The notes below the pieces were generated by a model, which was given only the letters and a program-made list of their open reading frames with translations, was not told the origin of the DNA and did no database searches. From a virus (lineage: Duplodnaviria > Caudoviricetes): a stretch of DNA of 64,000 nt. Made by a program: the position numbers and the translations under genes. Of this stretch, positions 58,612-64,000 are shown piece by piece; within the stretch, counting starts at the first letter, position 1, and each line of letters opens with the position of its first letter. Where the stretch lies: the IMG/VR virus record IMGVR_UViG_3300021399_000098; one strand, given 5' to 3'.

Positions 58612-61128
58612 ATGAGCAAATTTAAAGAAAGTGATTACACATTGGAGTTTAACGAAGTCATGGAATACATGACAGACACGCTTTTCAATGAGTTTCCAAC
58701 AGATGTTCTTACATTGGAATATTTGATTTTGGCAATATTGGACAACAGAAGCTGTCACGCAAACATGATTCTTGACAACTGCTTGATGTCGAACAACATA
58801 GAAGAACTTAGGAAAATATACGGTTCTGTGTTGGAAAAGCATGTAAAGCCGCAGCTCAAGACAAATAAGGTGATATTCAGTGAAGACTTGATTAAGGCTT
58901 TAGATTGTTCTAAAATCGAAGCAGATAAGTTATCAAATAAGCCAATAGGAACTGAACACATATTGTTGGCAATATTAAACAAAGAAAACAAGTTCAAAGA
59001 ATTTGAAATATTTGAGAAATTTCGCCTTGAGTATGATTTCATTTTTGGTAAATGTTCAATGTCCAAACAAACTGAAAACATTGAAACGAATGAAAAAGCG
59101 AGTCCAAAGCTAAAGGCCAAAAGAATAAGCAAAACAAAGCAAAATAACGAAATACCATTGAAAAGTCAAGTTAATACCAAAACAATATCTACCTCAGAAT
59201 CAAATAATTTCATCGGACAATACACAACAAGCCTAAACAAGCTTGCTAGAGAAGGTAAAATAGATGAAATTGTAGGTAGGAAACAAGAGATTGAAGAAAT
59301 TATCAAAGTCCTTGCTAGAAGAAAGAAAAACAATGCCGTTCTAGTTGGAGAGGGTGGATGTGGAAAAACTGCAATTGTATATGGAATCGCAAATATGATT
59401 GAAGAGAACAAAGTTCCTGAAGTATTGGAAGGAAAGGAAATAATAATGCTGAATCCTATGGCACTTGTCAGTGGAACTCACTTCAGGGGAATGTTTGAGG
59501 AAAGAATCAACGGACTTTTCAATGAAATTAAAAAGACTGACAAATATATTCTTTTCATAGATGACATTCACACGGTGCTAAAAAGTGGCAGCAAAGAAAA
59601 AGATGCAGATATTAGCGGAATGATTGGAGAGGCACTTTCTGAGGGTAGCATCAAAATTATAGGAACTACCACTTTCAAAGAATATAGGAATTCAATTGAA
59701 AGCAACTCTTCAATTTCTAGAAAGCTTCAAAAGATAGTGATTGAACCAGCTTCAATAGAAGAGGCAGTTAAGATTCTAACGAACAACAAGAGATATTATG
59801 AAGACTATCACAGTGTGGTCTATACTCAGAAATCGATTCTAAAGGCTGTTGAATTGGCTGACAGATACATTACGGATAGAACACTACCAGACTCAGCATT
59901 TGACATTATTGACCTTGCAGGTGCAAACACGTCATTAATTGACAGAGAACCAATGCAAGTTCAAAATATGAAAAAAAGACTTAGGGAAATAGAAATAGAA
60001 AAAGCAAATGCCCTAAACAATGGTGACTTTGAAAAAATAGATTCATTGGATGCTGAAAACAACGTTCTTTCTTCTGACCTTGTTGATTACAAGAGAAACA
60101 GTAGTAAAACTCCGTTTAAGACAATAACAATCACTGAAACAGAAATTTCAAATGTTGTATCTGAAATCACAAAGATACCTGTAAGCAAACTTTCATCAAG
60201 TGAAAAAAATAAAATCGCGCACATTGACGAAATATTAAAGAAAAGTATCGTAGGACAAGATGAAGCAATTGATAGCGTGTGTAGGGTTATTAAGCGCAAT
60301 AAGGTTGGACTTGGTGATAAGACAAAAACAATGGCAAATATCCTAATGGTAGGCCCAACTGGTAGTGGTAAAACCCTCATCGCAAAGAAACTTGCAGAAG
60401 AGATTTTTGGTGATGAAAAAGCACTTATCAGAATCGACATGTCTGAATATTCTGAAAAGAACTCTGTTTCAAAGCTAACAGGTGCGGCACCAGGATATAT
60501 TGGCTATGAGAATGGTGGACAACTCACAGAAGCCGTCAAGCACAAGCAGCATTGCGTTCTTCTACTCGATGAGATTGAAAAGGCTGACCAAGAGGTTTAT
60601 AACGTGTTCCTACAGTTGTTTGATGAAGGTAGGCTTACAGATAGTGCAGGACAGATTGTAAACTTCAAAAATGTAATTGTTCTTATGACATCAAACATTG
60701 GTGCTAGAAAGGCAGCAGAACTTGGAAATGGACTAGGTTTCGTAAGCAATGAGGAAACAAATAAGAAATCCATAATAGACAAGGAGTTGAAGAAGAAATT
60801 TACACCAGAGTTTATCAACAGAATAGACCAAATAGTATATTTTAATTCATTAACAGATGATAATTTAAAGAATATAGTTAAATTAGAAATTAATAAGTTT
60901 AATAATAGACTTAATAATATAGAATATAAAATAGAATATACTGACGATGTAGTAGAATATATACACGCTAAAGCAATTAAGAACAAGGAAATGGGAGCAA
61001 GACCAATTATCAGGCTTATCCAAACTGACATAGAAGACAAGATTACGGAACTTATGCTGGAAAACGAATATCATCCAAATTACGTATTCCATGCTTCATG
61101 CAGTAATAACGAAATTGTAATACAATAA
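58612..61128 (+). CDS. clpC: ClpC-like AAA+ chaperone / protease ATPase
   Basis: Clp N-domain repeats, GEGGCGKT, GPTGSGKT, RIDMSEY, GYIGY and an LGF loop. Confidence 0.9.
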   Translation: MSKFKESDYTLEFNEVMEYMTDTLFNEFPTDVLTLEYLILAILDNRSCHANMILDNCLMSNNIEELRKIYGSVLEKHVKPQLKTNKVIFSEDLIKALDCSKIEADKLSNKPIGTEHILLAILNKENKFKEFEIFEKFRLEYDFIFGKCSMSKQTENIETNEKASPKLKAKRISKTKQNNEIPLKSQVNTKTISTSESNNFIGQYTTSLNKLAREGKIDEIVGRKQEIEEIIKVLARRKKNNAVLVGEGGCGKTAIVYGIANMIEENKVPEVLEGKEIIMLNPMALVSGTHFRGMFEERINGLFNEIKKTDKYILFIDDIHTVLKSGSKEKDADISGMIGEALSEGSIKIIGTTTFKEYRNSIESNSSISRKLQKIVIEPASIEEAVKILTNNKRYYEDYHSVVYTQKSILKAVELADRYITDRTLPDSAFDIIDLAGANTSLIDREPMQVQNMKKRLREIEIEKANALNNGDFEKIDSLDAENNVLSSDLVDYKRNSSKTPFKTITITETEISNVVSEITKIPVSKLSSSEKNKIAHIDEILKKSIVGQDEAIDSVCRVIKRNKVGLGDKTKTMANILMVGPTGSGKTLIAKKLAEEIFGDEKALIRIDMSEYSEKNSVSKLTGAAPGYIGYENGGQLTEAVKHKQHCVLLLDEIEKADQEVYNVFLQLFDEGRLTDSAGQIVNFKNVIVLMTSNIGARKAAELGNGLGFVSNEETNKKSIIDKELKKKFTPEFINRIDQIVYFNSLTDDNLKNIVKLEINKFNNRLNNIEYKIEYTDDVVEYIHAKAIKNKEMGARPIIRLIQTDIEDKITELMLENEYHPNYVFHASCSNNEIVIQ

Positions 61129-61306
61129 CTCTCATAATTTTCAATTTTCATAATTTTCAAATATTTTATAGTTAAACTGAAGGGGGAAGCGATTTATATA
61201 AACAATAACTTCCCCTAATTTTTTTTGGAAAATAAGCAAAAATATGTTAAAATCTTTTGTTAATTCAATTTTTTTTCATATATTTGCACTTGTAAATCTA
61301 TAAAAC

Positions 61307-61879
61307 ATGGGAATAGATTTATGCAACAAGCTCATAGACAACGAATTAACACGTGAAGAGCTGTTGAATCGCGTAGAGATACGCAAGACATCTGAGGATG
61401 ACTTAATGCAGATTTGTGAGACTTTAGCGAAAGCCTTTAATCTAAATTCGTACCTTGAAGCTCTCTGGCAACTAGAGAATTCTAAAGTACAATTAGGTGA
61501 ATCTGTGAAATTGGTAGACAAGGATACCAACGAAATATATGGCCTTCTAATCTTCTGTGAATATCCAATAGCTTTGGGTTCGCCAATACGTCTTTTCGCG
61601 GATGATTTGTCTGAATATCTGAATGAATTTAAACAAATAAATGGTCATTCATTTATAATAGATGAACGTCTCAGAAACAGTGGGCTAGACAAGAAAATGC
61701 TGCATTTTAATATGAATTTCCTAGCGGAAAACTATGATTTCATTTGGTGCGGTGTTGAAATTGGCTTGAAAAGCCACAGATATTGGGAAAGACTAGGGTT
61801 TACGGAAGTGTTTAGAATACCAGAGGCTGTGTTTTATCTTATGCCGTTAAGCAAAAAGATGATAAGCGAATATTTATAA
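61307..61879 (+). CDS. GNAT-family acetyltransferase
   Basis: IDERLRNSGL..KML and YWERLGF; TTTG-N19-TATATTTG promoter at 61256-61286. Confidence 0.7.
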   Translation: MGIDLCNKLIDNELTREELLNRVEIRKTSEDDLMQICETLAKAFNLNSYLEALWQLENSKVQLGESVKLVDKDTNEIYGLLIFCEYPIALGSPIRLFADDLSEYLNEFKQINGHSFIIDERLRNSGLDKKMLHFNMNFLAENYDFIWCGVEIGLKSHRYWERLGFTEVFRIPEAVFYLMPLSKKMISEYL

Positions 61880-61895
61880 TAAATGTACATTTTTT

Positions 61896-62249
61896 ATGAA
61901 AAGAATCATAATGTCTGAAAACGGATTAAATAAGATAAACAGTATCATATCTGAAAACTCAAAATATGATGCCTACATAGCTGACGGTAAAAAATACCTT
62001 GATGCCAATTATCATACGTCAATGTTTGATAACAATGGAGATTATGTCACAACGTATGTTAAAATGAGCAATGGAATGCCTACTAGCAAAGTGGTGTGGA
62101 GGCAAGATGTATTAGACGCTTTAGATAAACATTTTTTTAAAATAATAAAAGATGAAAAGGAAAGAAAGGGCTTTATAAACCAATTGCTATCAGATTGGGA
62201 AACAAACGGTTTTAGCAAATATGGTAGCCTAAGTAACTATAATTGGTAA
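61896..62249 (+). CDS. late hypothetical protein (MKRIIMSE..IISE motif)
   Basis: TATTTATA at 61871-61878. Confidence 0.55.
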   Translation: MKRIIMSENGLNKINSIISENSKYDAYIADGKKYLDANYHTSMFDNNGDYVTTYVKMSNGMPTSKVVWRQDVLDALDKHFFKIIKDEKERKGFINQLLSDWETNGFSKYGSLSNYNW

Positions 62250-62348
62250 AAATAAATAAGAGGAGTAGTGTGACGTAACTCGCTCTCACATATCGTCACC
62301 AATCGGATTCATAGCAGACTATGGTCTGAGCCTCACGCAAATTTTAAA

Positions 62349-62993
62349 ATGATGAGAAAAAAAGAACAATTAATTCTAATGTACATCGTAGTGTGTACAT
62401 GGTTAAGCACCCTTCTTGCTTTGTCAATGCCTAGGATAGTACCTACATATGGCATAAATGAAGACAAAACAACCGTCCTTATTGATTCAATTGAAACGAC
62501 CCCATCGGTCAATCCAAAGGACAGCATTAAGGACAAACTGATTGAAGAAGTGGAAAACTACATTTATGGTAGATTCCCAAAAGCACACGAAACAATTCCG
62601 ACATCTATTGTAGAAAACGGACTAGAGAGTGGGATAGACATCGTGTTTATGATGGCACAAACCCAAATTGAGACAAGTTTCGGTACTGCTGGAGCAGGAC
62701 GTGAAGCATCTAGACGTTCATTATTCGGAGTGGCAATTAAAAAGTATGCGTCATACGACTTGGCCATCAAAGACTACATTGGCATTCTGAAAAAGTGGTA
62801 TCTGACTAGAGGAAGAACTGAACAGCACCTAATGAATAGGTATACGACAAGTGGAGGCGGCAGATATGCGGAGAATCCAAGATATGAAGTAGAACTAAGA
62901 GGTGCATACGCTGATATTAAAAGACAAACAAATATTAGCAGTCTTCAAACTGAGTACAGAGAGTTATCTAAAAAAGAAGAGAGTGAAACTTAA
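62349..62993 (+). CDS. GH73 glucosaminidase-like peptidoglycan hydrolase with an N-terminal hydrophobic anchor (endolysin candidate)
   Basis: MAQTQIETSFGT, SLFGV and RYAENPRY; N-terminal TM or signal segment. Confidence 0.75.
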   Translation: MMRKKEQLILMYIVVCTWLSTLLALSMPRIVPTYGINEDKTTVLIDSIETTPSVNPKDSIKDKLIEEVENYIYGRFPKAHETIPTSIVENGLESGIDIVFMMAQTQIETSFGTAGAGREASRRSLFGVAIKKYASYDLAIKDYIGILKKWYLTRGRTEQHLMNRYTTSGGGRYAENPRYEVELRGAYADIKRQTNISSLQTEYRELSKKEESET

Positions 62994-63009
62994 AACGTTA
63001 TGAAATATT

Positions 63010-63040
63010 AAAAATGGAGGCAAATAACCTCCATTTTTTT
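63010..63040 (+). terminator. intrinsic terminator
   Basis: aaaaatggagg-caaataa-cctccattttttt. Confidence 0.75.
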
Positions 63041-63074
63041 GTTTTTTATAAAAATAATGTATATATTTGCACAT

Positions 63075-63398
63075 ATGAAACAGTTAAAGATACCATTCGA
63101 GTTTATAGATGATTTTAAAAAAATCAGATTATATAAGGCAGAAAATTGGATTTTAGTAAACAGCAAAGAACATGACCCAATAGCATCACGAAATACTGAA
63201 ACTACCCATATATTTGTCATTAACCTTAATAATGGCAAAATACATGATAGCTTAACTCTTCAAGCTGACGTCTTACCATCGGATATTACAAAAGCAAAAA
63301 GATTGACAATAAAAGATTACATTGAACTAAGTAATGTGTTAAGATTCAAGAGGTTAGCCCTAAATAAGAAAAAAATAGAAATATGCGCAATGAACTAA
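63075..63398 (+). CDS. hypothetical protein
   Basis: ATG at 63075, directly after TTTG-N20-TATATTTG (63038-63069). Confidence 0.55.
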   Translation: MKQLKIPFEFIDDFKKIRLYKAENWILVNSKEHDPIASRNTETTHIFVINLNNGKIHDSLTLQADVLPSDITKAKRLTIKDYIELSNVLRFKRLALNKKKIEICAMN

Positions 63399-63549
63399 AC
63401 AAAAAAAAAAACAATTGTATAGTTGTTTTCACAAATAAGTAGGGAATTTACTATTTATTGGTAGGAAATCCCTATTTCAACGGTTTGGGGTTGTATTTTA
63501 CAAAAAAAACCAATATCTTTGCAATAGTTATTTAAAAACACAAATGCGT

Positions 63550-64000
63550 ATGAAAAAGATTATTGGAATTTTGGTGTCATTAATGCTATGTTTTACATTG
63601 ACATCTTGTGTAACAACTGCCACAGCGCAGACTGATGATATGTATGATGACGTTGACATCAGCGTTGTTGTAACATATGGAACTCCTTTCTACAACACTG
63701 AGGGCTTGATTATCTATTATCTGTATCGTGATATGTTCTATTATCCTTATTTCTATCATAACAGATACTATTTGCACAGATACCATAGGCCATTGCCTCC
63801 AGAGAGGTTGAGAATGTATAGGCCAGTGCCTAGAGACTTTTACAGACCTAATCCTCCTAGAGGACACAAACCTCACGTAAGACCAAATAACCCTCCACAT
63901 AGAGGAGATATGAGGCCAAATAACCCACCTAGAAGGAATGGTGATGTCAGACCTTCACAACCAAATACAAGACCTAATATTAATAGAGGTATAGGCTCAA
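63550..64000 (+). CDS. Bacteroidota-type lipoprotein with a Tyr-rich then Pro/Arg-rich tail (3'-truncated; not in the ORF track)
   Basis: MKKIIGILVSLMLCFTLTSC lipobox; frame open to the window end; TATCTTTG at 63514-63521. Confidence 0.7.
   Translation, partial: MKKIIGILVSLMLCFTLTSCVTTATAQTDDMYDDVDISVVVTYGTPFYNTEGLIIYYLYRDMFYYPYFYHNRYYLHRYHRPLPPERLRMYRPVPRDFYRPNPPRGHKPHVRPNNPPHRGDMRPNNPPRRNGDVRPSQPNTRPNINRGIGS

Noticed and set aside
62260-62334. tRNA or hammerhead ribozyme
   Set aside because: No T-loop (GTTC) or cloverleaf, and no CTGAnGA/GAAA core on either strand. Kept only as an unclassified structured element.
1-64000. Stop-codon reassignment (TAG read as Gln), as in Lak megaphages and some crAss-like phages
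   Set aside because: Terminase, portal, MCP, ligase and the other core genes are full-length in the standard code, and coding density is already high.

Overview
This window is part of a large (jumbo-type) T4-like tailed phage genome. It is AT-rich and uses the standard genetic code. The host is very probably a Bacteroidota/Bacteroidales bacterium, based on TTTG-N19/20-TAnnTTTG promoters, AT-rich ribosome-binding regions with no Shine-Dalgarno, and a Bacteroidales-like rfbC and lipoprotein. The left part (1-10.4 kb) encodes glycosyltransferases, nucleotide-metabolism enzymes (dUTPase, GMP reductase/IMPDH-like) and a gp55-like late sigma factor. The middle holds baseplate, fibre and neck genes, PhoH, a SNF2 helicase, RmlC and the head module (terminase, portal, prohead protease, scaffold, major capsid protein). 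The right part encodes ThyA, MazG-like and KTSC proteins, DNA ligase, ClpC, a GNAT, a GH73 muramidase and a lipoprotein. The main candidate system is a modular head-cargo loading scheme with three parts: a conserved late promoter (TATTTATA), a recurring peptide (K-x-I-R-L-T-E-S-D-L-H-x-I-V-K-E-S-V-x-x-I-L-x-E and shorter variants) fused to unrelated payloads, and gp21-type I/L/V-x-E cleavage linkers. Payloads include a protein kinase, an ArdC-metallopeptidase, and a 1667-aa polyprotein with two ADP-ribosyltransferase-like domains, a nucleotidyltransferase and WG repeats. Other notable features are a stand-alone paralogue of the capsid N-terminus, a probable A10 frameshift in a core protein, and candidate structured RNAs. 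All functional calls come from motifs recognised by eye; no database searches were run.
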